Assembly: GCF_056712565.1 (NCBI RefSeq)
Contig: NZ_CM160072.1
DNA: 64,000 nt
Direction: 5' to 3' (one strand)
Part shown: positions 49,428 to 60,501 of the stretch, piece after piece
Layout: each line of letters starts with the position of its first letter
How positions within the stretch are numbered: the first letter of the stretch is position 1
Translations under genes and position numbers: made by a program
Notes under the pieces: generated by a model
Seen by the model: only the letters and a program-made list of their open reading frames with translations
Database searches by the model: none
Told to the model about the DNA's origin: nothing

Positions 49428-50195
49428 GGTAATGCTGCCAACTTACTGATTTAGTGTATGATGGTGATTTTAAGGTGCTTGCGTGGCTTCCATTTCCATC
49501 AGATGTCCTTCCTGCTCCGCTACTGAAGGCGTGGTGCGTAACGGCAAAAGCACTGCCGGACATCAGCGCTATCTCTGCTCTCATTGCCGTAAAACATGGC
49601 AACTGCAGTTCACTTACACCGCTTCTCAACCCGGTACGCACCAGAAAATCATTGATATGGCCATGAATGGCGTTGGATGCCGGGCAACTGCCCGCATTAT
49701 GGGCGTTGGCCTCAACACGATTTTACGTCACTTAAAAAACTCAGGCCGCAGTCGGTAACCTCGCGCATACAGCCGGGCAGTGACGTCATCGTCTGCGCGG
49801 AAATGGGCGAACAGTGGGGCTATGTCGGGGCTAAATCGCGCCAGCGCTGGCTGTTTTACGCGTATGACAGGCTCCGGAAGACGGTTGTTGCGCACGTATT
49901 CGGTGAACGCACTATGGCGACGCTGGGGCGTCTTATGAGCCTGCTGTCACCCTTTGACGTGGTGATATGGATGACGGATGGCTGGCCGCTGTATGAATCC
50001 CGCCTGAAGGGAAAGCTGCACGTAATCAGCAAGCGATATACGCAGCGAATTGAGCGGCATAACCTGAATCTGAGGCAGCACCTGGCACGGCTGGGACGGA
50101 AGTCGCTGTCGTTCTCAAAATCGGTGGAGCTGCATGACAAAGTCATCGGGCATTATCTGAACATAAAACACTATCAATAAGTTGGAGTCATTACC
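49428..50195 (+). mobile_element. IS1, complete 768 bp copy (insA 49483..49758, insB 49677..50180)
   Basis: Canonical InsA ([21 protein letters not shown]...) and InsB; terminal repeats GGTAATGCTGCCAACTTACTGAT... and ...GTTGGAGTCATTACC. Confidence 0.9.
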
Positions 50196-50646
50196 GACAT
50201 TGTCAAGATGAACAGCATGCATTGTAACAGTCTGCAGTTTATGTTCTCCGTGGATAATTATTCTTATTTCATGGTGATTTTTGTTATATTTTAAAATGCA
50301 TATCTCACCATTTAGTTTTTTATATCACAAAAACATAGTGATGCAATCATACACACCTGCCTCTATCGTACAGAGAAAACGGGCAATTATTTGTATTATT
50401 CCTTCATAACGACTTCAGTATACAGGATGACCGCAACCACGCTCCTTCTCCTGCCCGGGCGAAGTGCCTGGTTCAGACAATTACATTAACTGGCTGAAAT
50501 TTTCGACGCGGTACAAGCCTCCCTGCTTTGAAAGGTGGCCTGGCGCTGCAATTTTTTACTTTTGTTTTTGTATCCGGAAAAACACATCTGCAAGAATCAT
50601 TATTCTCTTGCCTGAAGCTATCCAGCATCCTCAGATATTTCGCACT

Positions 50647-51198
50647 TTATGAGCTGGCATCAGAAAAATGTGCCAGTAATTTTTTATTAATGACTTCAAA
50701 CAGTTCCTGTTCATCATGAGTCAGATAATCCCAGATTTCTTTCAGATACATGCTTTGTGCAAGAGTGAGCCTCTGAATAAAAAACATACCTTCAGATGTC
50801 AGACTGATTTTTTTAGCACGGCGATCCTCCCTGCTATCCGTCCTTTTTACATATCCGGCTTTTTCTAAAAAATCTGTAATGCGGGTAATATTAGTTCTGG
50901 TAAACTGAAGTTTCTGGCTTATCTCTGAAGGTGACAGACAATGGTTCTCCGCTGCGAATAATGTGGTGAGAACCATATATGCTGAGTGATTTATTCCATA
51001 CGCCCCCAGAAATTCAGATATATTATCCTGCATTCTTTTATTTGTGCGAATACAGAGCTGCATCAACAAATGTTCCCGAAAGGGATATGCGGGGTCTTTG
51101 TTTTTTTGGTGTCTGATTATTTTTTCTAATGTGTCTGTGTTATTCATTTCATTATTCTCCATATTACTGAAACACACTGTCTGTGTACAAGCGCGCAT
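50647..51198 (-). CDS. MarR-family transcriptional regulator, PapX/SfaX/FocX-like (probable start at the MENNEMNN ATG near 51162)
   Basis: Winged-helix MarR core (LSPSEISQKLQFTRTNITRITDFLEKAGYVKR...DRRAKKISLT); resemblance to fimbrial-operon-associated PapX-type regulators is from memory. Confidence 0.55.
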   Translation of the reverse strand: MRACTQTVCFSNMENNEMNNTDTLEKIIRHQKNKDPAYPFREHLLMQLCIRTNKRMQDNISEFLGAYGINHSAYMVLTTLFAAENHCLSPSEISQKLQFTRTNITRITDFLEKAGYVKRTDSREDRRAKKISLTSEGMFFIQRLTLAQSMYLKEIWDYLTHDEQELFEVINKKLLAHFSDASS

Positions 51199-51364
51199 CA
51201 GTCATCCGGTAAACATCGACTTTCCACTACAATTTATTCCTACCTGATTTCTGTATGACAGAGTAGTCCCGACAGGCAGACGGATAAATTCCCGCAGGTA
51301 AAAGAACATAAATGCTGGCTGCTGACAAGTCTGTGAAAAAGGATTATTGTAGTGGTTCACAAAA

Positions 51365-52171
51365 TCAGGACACCGGAATAACCTGTTTCCACTTTTCTTC
51401 ATGTAAGCAAGGCGGTAAACCATCGTTGTTCGTGTGAGGTCGATAAACGTTGTAATAACCATTAATCCACTGGTTTATATCACGTACCGCATGGATAAAA
51501 TCACCATAACCACCTTTCGGAAGCCATTCATTTTTAAGGCTGCGAAAGACTCTTTCCATCGGCGAATTATCCAGGCCATTCCCTCTGCAACTCATACTTT
51601 GCATTACCCCATAACGCCAGAGTAACTTTCTGTATTTATTGCTTTTATACTGAACACCTTGATCTGAATGAAACAGCAGACGGCCATCACGTGATCGTGT
51701 TTCCAGTGCATTACGCAAAGCCCTACACACCAACTCAGCATCAGCGGTTAATGAGAGGGCTGAACCGGTAATCCGCCGTGAATATAAATCAACAACGAGC
51801 GCGAGCTAACACCATTTGTCATGCAGGCGAATAAAACTGATGTCGCCGCACCAGACGCGGTCTGGTGCGGCGGGGTGAAATTGCCGGTTCAGTAAATTTG
51901 GCAATGGCGGACTTTTGTCTTCGTTGACCCGGTAGTGATGTTTAACCATCTGTCGACTTGTCAGCCCGCATTCCCGCATCAGTCGTCGTGCCAGCCACCG
52001 GCCTGCATCAACGCTACTCTGGCGCAACATCTGACTGATTGCACGGCTACCGGCTGCGCCACGACTGAGAGCATGGAAAGCCCTCACCCGACTTCGTAAG
52101 TCAATTCTTTGCACATTAACAGGACGCGTCACCTGCGCGTAATAAACGCTACGGTTAGGTAATGACTCCAA
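51365..52171 (-). pseudogene. IS3-family transposase OrfB relic, frameshifted and truncated by the adjacent IS1
   Basis: Two ORFs (51806..52171 HTH region; 51365..51733 rve C-terminus [10 protein letters not shown]...) in different frames; upstream ORF abuts the IS1 end. Confidence 0.65.
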
Positions 52172-52925
52172 CTTATTGATAGTGTTTTATGTTCAGATAA
52201 TGCCCGATGACTTTGTCATGCAGCTCCACCGATTTTGAGAACGACAGCGACTTCCGTCCCAGCCGTGCCAGGTGCTGCCTCAGATTCAGGTTATGCCGCT
52301 CAATTCGCTGCGTATATCGCTTGCTGATTACGTGCAGCTTTCCCTTCAGGCGGGATTCATACAGCGGCCAGCCATCCGTCATCCATATCACCACGTCAAA
52401 GGGTGACAGCAGGCTCATAAGACGCCCCAGCGTCGCCATAGTGCGTTCACCGAATACGTGCGCAACAACCGTCTTCCGGAGCCTGTCATACGCGTAAAAC
52501 AGCCAGCGCTGGCGCGATTTAGCCCCGACATAGCCCCACTGTTCGCCCATTTCCGCGCAGACGATGACGTCACTGCCCGGCTGTATGCGCGAGGTTACCG
52601 ACTGCGGCCTGAGTTTTTTAAGTGACGTAAAATCGTGTTGAGGCCAACGCCCATAATGCGGGCAGTTGCCCGGCATCCAACGCCATTCATGGCCATATCA
52701 ATGATTTTCTGGTGCGTACCGGGTTGAGAAGCGGTGTAAGTGAACTGCAGTTGCCATGTTTTACGGCAATGAGAGCAGAGATAGCGCTGATGTCCGGCAG
52801 TGCTTTTGCCGTTACGCACCACGCCTTCAGTAGCGGAGCAGGAAGGACATCTGATGGAAATGGAAGCCACGCAAGCACCTTAAAATCACCATCATACACT
52901 AAATCAGTAAGTTGGCAGCATCACC
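52157..52925 (-). mobile_element. IS1, second canonical copy, inverted relative to 49428..50195 (insA 52595..52870, insB 52173..52676)
   Basis: InsA/InsB proteins identical to the first copy; ends read to within ~2 bp. Confidence 0.9.
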
Positions 52926-53399
52926 CAATCTGCTGACAGACGAAGATAATGAACCCGTTATGGTTTTTAACGGAGAGAGGAATGTACTGGCAGACAGTCT
53001 GAAACCACAGCCTCTGATTCTTCCGGTCAAGGGAAAATAAGCGTAATGTTCATCACCAGATTATGTACGATGAGTTTTCCACTGTTTATAGCAATTATCT
53101 TGCTAATAACCAGACAGGAGTAACCAGACCAACCGAAAACACCGGGAAGGTGATTACCCGCTGGCAGAGGAAATCCGGTTTTTTTTGATGTCAGCCATAA
53201 CGTGTTTGACAATAAAGCATCATGAAAGGGTGTTAATGAGTCCATGGGATAATTCATAAAAATAATTTACTGTGTTATCCTTTTCAAAAGAAATATTCAG
53301 AAGATAACCCCTGGCTGACAACCAGGGGAAGGGAGCATTAACAGTGTTATTATTGGTGAATAAATTATTACTTGTGTGCAGGATACACTAATGCAATAT

Positions 53400-54473
53400 C
53401 TACTGATACTGTATGCCAGTATGTTTCATGCCTGCCGCTGAAAACGGCAATATCCAGGGCCAGACATATTCACCATTCATATTTCTGCATTTCTGTACAA
53501 TTTTCTCAGAAAGCGTCTCATCAATTCTTTCACGCAACTTCTCCTGCTGTCTTAAAATACTTTCGCATATTTCGAAATCATCTTCCTGCATCAGCATTTC
53601 GGCGCATTTAATGATTTCTGCCCGTTCATGCAGCACAGAGGAATGATTATAGAGCCAGTTTACAAACAGCAATGCTTCCGGATATTGCCCCCATAACGGG
53701 TGGTATGTGGCATAATAATCTTCGGCAGTATCCGGACCGCCTGAAAAGTTATGCCATACAGCAAGTGGAAATGGATGCAGATTTCCGCACAGTATTTCTG
53801 CGATGTAAGTATTTGCCGCAAAGCCGCGACGAAATGCAGTTGCAGCTTTTACCAGTTCCCCATTAAGAAAATGCAGAAGGCCGAGTTCATACCAGTAAGG
53901 TGAAAATTCATCTGCATGTTCCTGCAGTATATGGCGTGCCTGTTCATGAGCGCCAGTGCGTAACAGTTCCGGTCCCAGTAGCCAGCGTGCACCATGATTA
54001 TCTTCGGGATTGTAATCCAGTATTTTTTCAATGAGCATGATGGCATCCTGATGACGCCGTAAATGTGCATTTGCCAGGATTGCCGCATAGAGGGCACGAA
54101 GAAAAGGTCGGTTGTCAGGATGTATCCAGATGATTCTGCCACTGAAACCTTCAGGGATAAGACGATTGCCAACTGCCAGCCCTTTAAGGGCAGCATTCAG
54201 CGCCTTACGCGGGGCATTCTGCTCCAGAAATACGTATGCCAAGTGAGCGTGTACATCAATAAAGTCATTCTCCTGTCGGGCAAGGCGCCTGAGTTTGTTG
54301 ATGTAACTTGTTTCGCTGATTTCATCCGCATCGTATGCATCAATCAGTTCTTCAAACTCATCCAGCAACGAGCCAAACCAGGTTTCCGGAAATATGAAAC
54401 AGCCCTGGTTATCGTTCACTTCAAAGCGTAATTTGCCAGTCATATTCTGAACCTGTAAAAAAGGATGGACCAT
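53400..54473 (-). CDS. Hypothetical island protein, 357 aa
   Basis: ORF only; helical repeat-like composition, no catalytic motif recognised. Confidence 0.4.
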   Translation of the reverse strand: MVHPFLQVQNMTGKLRFEVNDNQGCFIFPETWFGSLLDEFEELIDAYDADEISETSYINKLRRLARQENDFIDVHAHLAYVFLEQNAPRKALNAALKGLAVGNRLIPEGFSGRIIWIHPDNRPFLRALYAAILANAHLRRHQDAIMLIEKILDYNPEDNHGARWLLGPELLRTGAHEQARHILQEHADEFSPYWYELGLLHFLNGELVKAATAFRRGFAANTYIAEILCGNLHPFPLAVWHNFSGGPDTAEDYYATYHPLWGQYPEALLFVNWLYNHSSVLHERAEIIKCAEMLMQEDDFEICESILRQQEKLRERIDETLSEKIVQKCRNMNGEYVWPWILPFSAAGMKHTGIQYQ

Positions 54474-54698
54474 AACCTGCAGGCTATAAAAATTGTGATG
54501 CCTGGCATCGGTGTCCTTTTATTGTCCGGGATTAACGTTGCCCATGATAATACAGTGAATTCTGTTCTGTGGTAAGACGTTGAGTTATTGAATGAGAACC
54601 TCAGCCTGGCTGATGGTTCCGCCGGCATAAAAAAGAAATTGATTGAGGCGGGTGCTCTTCCCCTTAAGAGGAAGAGCATGTGTGTAAATGGCGTTCAG

Positions 54699-55964
54699 TC
54701 ACCTTTTCAGTGGATTGTTAACTTTTGCATATTCAAACGGACTGATACACTCCTCCCTGTTTGCATCCAGAAAATCTGCCCACCATTGCAGCATAAGCCG
54801 ACGTTCTTCCAGATGTTCTGCTTTATGAATATACGCGGCACGTACTCCGTTGCGCTCCTGATGACTCATCTGACGTTCAACCGCATCTCTTGACCATAAG
54901 CCGGATTCAATCAATGCACTGCACGCCATCGCCCGGAATCCATGGCCACAGACTTCCTTGGTTGTGTCATACCCCATCACTCTGAGGGCCTTATTTACGG
55001 TATTTTCACTGATTGGTTTACGTGGGTCGTGTGCTCCCGTAAAGATCAGACCATTTTCACCTGCCCATGTCTGAAGTTCTGCCAGTATGGCTACAGCCTG
55101 TTGGCTGAGTGGCACAAGATGTGGTGTTCGCATCTTGGAGCCCCGGTATGAAAATTTTACGCCTGGCAGAGGTTCGCGTTCGGCTGGAATAGTCCACATG
55201 GCATTGTCAATATCAATTTCAGACCAGCGGGCATATCTGAGTTCACTGGAACGAATAAAAACCAGTAAATTCAGCATAACTGCCAGTCGGGTGACAGGCT
55301 GGCCTTTATAACCGTCAATACGCGACAGAAGTTCAGGCAGGCGTGAAAGATCCAGAGCAGGGCGATGCTGGCGTTTTACCGTGGTCAATGCACCAGCCAT
55401 ATCCAGAGCCGGGTTATATCTGATGATGCCAGACTGTACGGCATAACGCATTACAGCAGATATTCTTTGCTGCAGACGACTGGCGATTTCATAAATTTGT
55501 TTAACTTCTGCAGCACGAACAGGGATAAGCAGATCCGGGGTACTGAGTGTTGTGATATCCCGGTTGCCGATAAAGGGGAAAACGTGAGTCTCGAGGCTTT
55601 TGAGTACTTTATCGCTGTGTGATTGTGCCCATTGTTTATTACTGGCATGCCAGCGTCGTGCAATATGTTCAAAAGAGAGCTGTAAATCAGGGACTACTTT
55701 TTTAGCTCTTTTCTGTTCGCAAGGGTCAACCCCCTCCGAAATCAGTTTTCGGGCCTCATCCCGTTTTGTACGAGCTTCGGAGAGAGAAACTTCCGGATAC
55801 ACACCAAGTGCCAGGGTTTTCTCCTTACCCAGAATACGATAACGGAGACGCCAGTAACGGGAACCATTAGGATGTACCAGCAGGAACATGCCAGCCCCGT
55901 CAGTGAGTTTATAAGCCTTGTCAGTGGGCTTTGCAGCCCGGATTTTTGCGTCAGTCAGTGCCAT
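54699..55964 (-). CDS. int: P4-type tyrosine integrase (site-specific recombinase), adjacent to tRNA-Phe
   Basis: 421 aa; N-terminal MALTDAKIRAAKPTDKAYKLTDGAGMFLLVHPNGSRYWRLRYR arm-binding signature and C-terminal catalytic region (HGFRAMACS... with R/H/Y pattern). Confidence 0.85.
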   Translation of the reverse strand: MALTDAKIRAAKPTDKAYKLTDGAGMFLLVHPNGSRYWRLRYRILGKEKTLALGVYPEVSLSEARTKRDEARKLISEGVDPCEQKRAKKVVPDLQLSFEHIARRWHASNKQWAQSHSDKVLKSLETHVFPFIGNRDITTLSTPDLLIPVRAAEVKQIYEIASRLQQRISAVMRYAVQSGIIRYNPALDMAGALTTVKRQHRPALDLSRLPELLSRIDGYKGQPVTRLAVMLNLLVFIRSSELRYARWSEIDIDNAMWTIPAEREPLPGVKFSYRGSKMRTPHLVPLSQQAVAILAELQTWAGENGLIFTGAHDPRKPISENTVNKALRVMGYDTTKEVCGHGFRAMACSALIESGLWSRDAVERQMSHQERNGVRAAYIHKAEHLEERRLMLQWWADFLDANREECISPFEYAKVNNPLKR

Positions 55965-56161
55965 AGTTCAGCCTTCTGAATGCGTTAAAGAGGGTACAAA
56001 TTCTGTCGAACTGGGGTATACCCGCAATTATACCCACACAATGGGGTTGATGTGGGGGGAATCTGGTTGAGTTCGGTAGAATTGATTTGGAGGCAGAACG
56101 CTTAAATTGTGGCGTTCTGAAACGAAAAACGGACCTCCGTGGAGGTCCGTTGATATGAACT

Positions 56162-56237
56162 TGGTGCCCGGACTCGGAATCGAACCAAGGACACGGGGAT
56201 TTTCAATCCCCTGCTCTACCGACTGAGCTATCCGGGC
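56162..56237 (-). tRNA. pheU: tRNA-Phe (anticodon GAA)
   Basis: Reverse complement reads GCCCGGATAGCTCAGTCGGTAGAGCAGGGGATTGAAAATCCCCGTGTCCTTGGTTCGATTCCGAGTCCGGGCACCA; pheU rather than pheV inferred from the yjdC-dsbD-cutA-dcuA-aspA flank. Confidence 0.95.
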
Positions 56238-56343
56238 AACGGGGCGCATTAAACCGTAATCTGCACATCTCGTCAACCTAATTTCAGTAAAAGCGATTCA
56301 ACTGCTTAAGATTGCGGCAAATCGCTTCTTTTCTGTGTTTCTG

Positions 56344-56943
56344 TCAGGTCAGTGCACCACCCTGACGGCAGCGGGCGAAGCGCAGGATATCTTCCGCCAG
56401 CCGATGTGCGGTGTCGACATCCGCCTGGCTACGATTCACCAGCATTCGGCTTAAACAGCCTTCCAGCACCAGTTCCATCTGCTTTGCTACCATCGCCGGA
56501 TCGTCAACTTCCAGCGTGGTTAACAGTTCGTGGGTGAAATCGTAGGCCGCGCTTTTTTGCTGATCGGCCAGTTGATGAATAGGGTGGCCAGGATCGGGGT
56601 AAAACGTACAGGCAGCGATAAACAGACAGCCCGGATAGCGGTTGTTTTTAACGCACTCCGATAACGCCTGATAACGTGCCAGCAACTTTTGTTCGGCGGT
56701 TTGCGTTTCGTCCAGCATCAGCTGACGACGCCAGACATCTATCTGTTGGCTAAGATAACGCAGCGCATCGTAGAGGATTGCCTCTTTGTCTGGCCAGAAG
56801 CGGCGTAGCTCGTCCAGTGGATAATCCACACGTTCAGCAACCATCTCCAGCGTGGTGTTGGCAATCCCTTGTAATTCTAATAATTTCAGGGCTTCTCCCA
56901 GTACATCTTCACGTTGCACGCTATTTTCCTCCGTCTTTCCCAC
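56344..56943 (-). CDS. yjdC: TetR-family regulator YjdC (true start may be an internal GTG)
   Basis: Recognised core protein; HTH block [28 protein letters not shown]. Confidence 0.8.
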
Positions 56944-56955
56944 TGCAAGTGTCGT

Positions 56956-58653
56956 TCACGGTTGGCGATCGCGCAAATGTGCGCTGAAGGTTTCAGCATC
57001 CATAAAGCCCGTGACGCGTGCTTGTGGATGCTCCTGGCCTTGTCCGTCAAAAAAGAGAATTGTCGGTAGGCCAAGGACATTAAGATGCTTTAACAGCGCC
57101 ACATCTTGTGCGTCGTTGGCAGTGACGTTGGCCTGAAGTAAGACCGTATCTGCTAACGCTTTTTGCACCTGCGGGTCGCTGAAGGTGTATTTCTCAAACT
57201 CTTTACAGGCGACGCACCAGTCGGCATAGAGATCTAACATCACTGGTTTGCCTTTGGCTTCAACGAGCGCCTGATTTAACTCATCTACTGTTTTGATTTG
57301 TGTAAAGTTGAGATGCGTCTGAGTTTGCGCGGTATGTGTTTCACCAAATGCCCAATCCTGAAGTGGGCGCACGCTAACCAATGCCGCTGCCAGCAGGATT
57401 ATTTGCACCACGCGCATCCAGCCGCGTTTGGCCTGTAGGCTGGTGATAAAGGCCCAGCCAAAGAATGCGACACCAAGCGCCGACCACAAGCGTAATCCCC
57501 ATATATCACCAATCACTCGCTCCAGCAGGAAGACCGGCAGTGCGAGGATCACAAAACCAAACGCGGTTTTGACTTGTTCCATCCACGGGCCGCTTTTCGG
57601 CAGCAAGCGGTTACCAAAGACGGTAATTAGCATCAGCGGCAGGCCCATGCCCAGCGCATAAAGATAAAGCGTGCCGCCGCCCAGCCACATGTTCCCGCTT
57701 TGGGCGATATACAGCAGAATCGCGCTAAGCGGTGCAGTGGTGCATGGTGAACAGATCAGTCCGGCAATCGCCCCCATAATAAACACACCGCCAGGTGAGC
57801 CGCCCTGTTGGCGATTGCTCATCAGCGTGAGACGTGTTTGCAGCGAAGAGGGGAGTTGCAGAGTAAACAAGCCAAACATTGACATCGCCAGCAAGGTAAA
57901 GACGATGGCGAGGCCAATGAGCACGTATGGGTGCTGTAGCGCCGCCTGGAACTGTAACCCTGCGGCGGCAACCACCAGACCCAGCGCCGTGTAAGTCAGC
58001 GCCATCCCCTGCACATAAATAAAGGTCAGCAACAATGCTCTGGCAGTGGAAAGCCGCTGTTTACCGCCCAGCACGATGCCAGAAATCAGTGGGTACATTG
58101 GCAGCACGCATGGCGTAAAGGCGATACCAATACCGATCAACAACGCCCAGAGCGCGGAAAAGGGCAATTGCGCGGTGGGCTGCTCTTGCTGCGGAACAGA
58201 CACAGGCTGTGACGCTTCGTTGTTAGCGACCACTTCGCTTAACGGAACGGTTTTGGTTTCTGGCGGATAACAGAAACCGGCATCAGCACAGCCCTGGTAG
58301 GTGACAGTTAACGTTGCTCCCGCACTCGCCTGGTTGATGGTTACGGGAAGCGTCAGCCGATCGCGGTAAATCTCGCTTTTGCCGTAAAACTCATCTTCAT
58401 GCCAGACGCCTTGCGGCAGCTGCACGTCAGCAATTTTCGCGTGTTCCGGCGTAATGCGGATCTGTTTACGGTAGAGGTAGTAACCGTCTTTGATCTGCCA
58501 GGTCAGATTCAGATCATGTTGATTTTGCTGAAAATCAAAAGCAAAGGCTTGATCCGCGGGGACAAATTGTGAACGTCCCGGCGCGTCGAATAATCCGGCA
58601 AAAACGGAAGTGCTGCAAAGTAGCAGGATCAGCGTAAAGATGCGTTGAGCCAT
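56956..58653 (-). CDS. dsbD: Thiol:disulfide interchange protein DsbD
   Basis: [19 protein letters not shown] signal then multi-TM core and C-terminal thioredoxin-like domain with CVAC; ORF-track start at 58734 is an upstream extension. Confidence 0.9.
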   Translation of the reverse strand: MAQRIFTLILLLCSTSVFAGLFDAPGRSQFVPADQAFAFDFQQNQHDLNLTWQIKDGYYLYRKQIRITPEHAKIADVQLPQGVWHEDEFYGKSEIYRDRLTLPVTINQASAGATLTVTYQGCADAGFCYPPETKTVPLSEVVANNEASQPVSVPQQEQPTAQLPFSALWALLIGIGIAFTPCVLPMYPLISGIVLGGKQRLSTARALLLTFIYVQGMALTYTALGLVVAAAGLQFQAALQHPYVLIGLAIVFTLLAMSMFGLFTLQLPSSLQTRLTLMSNRQQGGSPGGVFIMGAIAGLICSPCTTAPLSAILLYIAQSGNMWLGGGTLYLYALGMGLPLMLITVFGNRLLPKSGPWMEQVKTAFGFVILALPVFLLERVIGDIWGLRLWSALGVAFFGWAFITSLQAKRGWMRVVQIILLAAALVSVRPLQDWAFGETHTAQTQTHLNFTQIKTVDELNQALVEAKGKPVMLDLYADWCVACKEFEKYTFSDPQVQKALADTVLLQANVTANDAQDVALLKHLNVLGLPTILFFDGQGQEHPQARVTGFMDAETFSAHLRDRQP

Positions 58654-58967
58654 GAGAGGTAATCTGTGTCTCCGTGTGTAACAGGTAAAACCAGAAGTTC
58701 CGGGGTTTGATATGGATGATGAGACTTCAGGCATTCCAGCAGCGCCTGCTGGTGAGATACGGTAGTTTTTAAAATCATCTGCACTTCGTATTCTTGCTCC
58801 AGCTTACCTTCCCAGTAATAGAGAGAGGTAGCGCCGGGGATCAAGGTCGCGCAGGCCGCCAGTTTTTCCGCCAGCACTTTGGCGGCTAAATCCTGGGCTG
58901 TCGCTTCATCCGGTGCCGTACATAGCACCACGACAGACGTGGTATTCGAACTTTTTTCATCAAGCAT
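58629..58967 (-). CDS. cutA: Divalent-cation tolerance protein CutA
   Basis: [54 protein letters not shown] recognised as CutA. Confidence 0.9.
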   Translation of the reverse strand: MLDEKSSNTTSVVVLCTAPDEATAQDLAAKVLAEKLAACATLIPGATSLYYWEGKLEQEYEVQMILKTTVSHQQALLECLKSHHPYQTPELLVLPVTHGDTDYLSWLNASLR

Positions 58968-59082
58968 AAACACCTCGCAAGAACAGATGGAACCGCAAGA
59001 GAGAGGTCACTATACAACGGACGGGGAAAGGATGTTAGTCGGCGGGAAAGAAAGCGGGGCGTGAACGCCCCGCGATGGGTCA

Positions 59083-60384
59083 TTACAGCATGAAGCTACC
59101 CAGCACGAAGCCGAAGCAAACGGCCAGGGCAACGCCCAGAGTACCCGGGATGAAGAACGGATGGTTGAAGACGAATTTACCGATACGGGTAGTACCCGTG
59201 TCATCCATCTGTACCGCAGCAACCAGTGTCGGGTAGGTCGGCAGAATGAACAGACCAGACACCGCAGCGAAAGAAGCAACAGCGGTCAGCGGAGAAACGT
59301 TCAGTGCCAGAGCCATCGGCATCAGTGCTTTTGCGGTTGCAGCCTGAGAGTACAGCAGAGCAGAAGCAAAGAAGAAGATGACGGCCAGCAGCCACGGATG
59401 ACCCTGAATCACTTCACCAGCGGTATCTTTGATCCAGTCGATGTTGTTGGAAACGAAAGTATCGCCCAGCCACGCAACACCCAGGATACAAATACAGGCG
59501 CTCATACCTGCTTTGAAGGTGCTGGAGTTGAGAATGTTGTCGGTATCGACTTTACAGATAACGGTGGTCAGAGTTGCAACGCTGAGCATGATGATCAGGA
59601 TTGCGTTGGTGGTGTTCATCAGCGGTTTTTCAACCAGACCCATGCTTGGGCTGTTGATGATTGCATAGATAACCACGCCAACTACGCCCAGCAGGAACAG
59701 CCAGACGGACGTTTTTGCACCGGATTTGATTTCAATCTGCTTTTCACCGCGCAGTTCAACCAGGCCCTCTTCCAGACGCTTGCGATAAATCGGATCGTCA
59801 GAGAGTTTGGAGTTGAACAGCATAGTGACCAGGAAGGACATCACCAGAACCGCCAGCAGGGTGGACGGGATGACCACGGAGAGCAGATGGAGGTAGCTGA
59901 TGCCATGACCTTCCATTACGGAAGACATGTAAACCACTGCCGCTGAGATTGGCGATGCGGTGATCGCAATCTGCGCGGATACCACTGCAGTAGACAGCGG
60001 ACGGCAAGGTTTAACGCCTTGTTCCTTCGCAACTTCAGCGATAACTGGCAGTGTCGCCAGAGAGATGTTGCCAGTACCAGCAAAGATTGTCAGGAAATAG
60101 GTCACGATCGGTGCGAGGATCGTGATGTATTTCGGGTTACGGCGCAGCAGCTTTTCTGTCTGATGAACCAGATAGTCCAGACCGCCAGCAACCTGCATGG
60201 CAGAAATAGCGGCGATAACCGCCATGATAATGGAAATGACATCGAACGGGATGTTACCGGGTTTAACGCCAATAGCGGCAAGAACCAGCACCCCCAATCC
60301 GCCTGCAAAACCAATACCTATTCCCCCCAATCTGGCGCCCAAGAAGATCGCCAGCAAAACTATGATGAGTTCTACAACTAGCAT
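59083..60384 (-). CDS. dcuA: Anaerobic C4-dicarboxylate transporter DcuA
   Basis: 433 aa polytopic protein recognised as DcuA. Confidence 0.9.
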   Translation of the reverse strand: MLVVELIIVLLAIFLGARLGGIGIGFAGGLGVLVLAAIGVKPGNIPFDVISIIMAVIAAISAMQVAGGLDYLVHQTEKLLRRNPKYITILAPIVTYFLTIFAGTGNISLATLPVIAEVAKEQGVKPCRPLSTAVVSAQIAITASPISAAVVYMSSVMEGHGISYLHLLSVVIPSTLLAVLVMSFLVTMLFNSKLSDDPIYRKRLEEGLVELRGEKQIEIKSGAKTSVWLFLLGVVGVVIYAIINSPSMGLVEKPLMNTTNAILIIMLSVATLTTVICKVDTDNILNSSTFKAGMSACICILGVAWLGDTFVSNNIDWIKDTAGEVIQGHPWLLAVIFFFASALLYSQAATAKALMPMALALNVSPLTAVASFAAVSGLFILPTYPTLVAAVQMDDTGTTRIGKFVFNHPFFIPGTLGVALAVCFGFVLGSFML

Positions 60385-60501
60385 ATTAGCCTTCCTTGTT
60401 TTTTAACAAGTTGATATTAAATCGTTATTTTTAAGTTACTACTCACAAGAAAAAAGGCACGCCATCTGACGTGCCTTCTTTATTTGTACTACCCTGTACG
60501 A

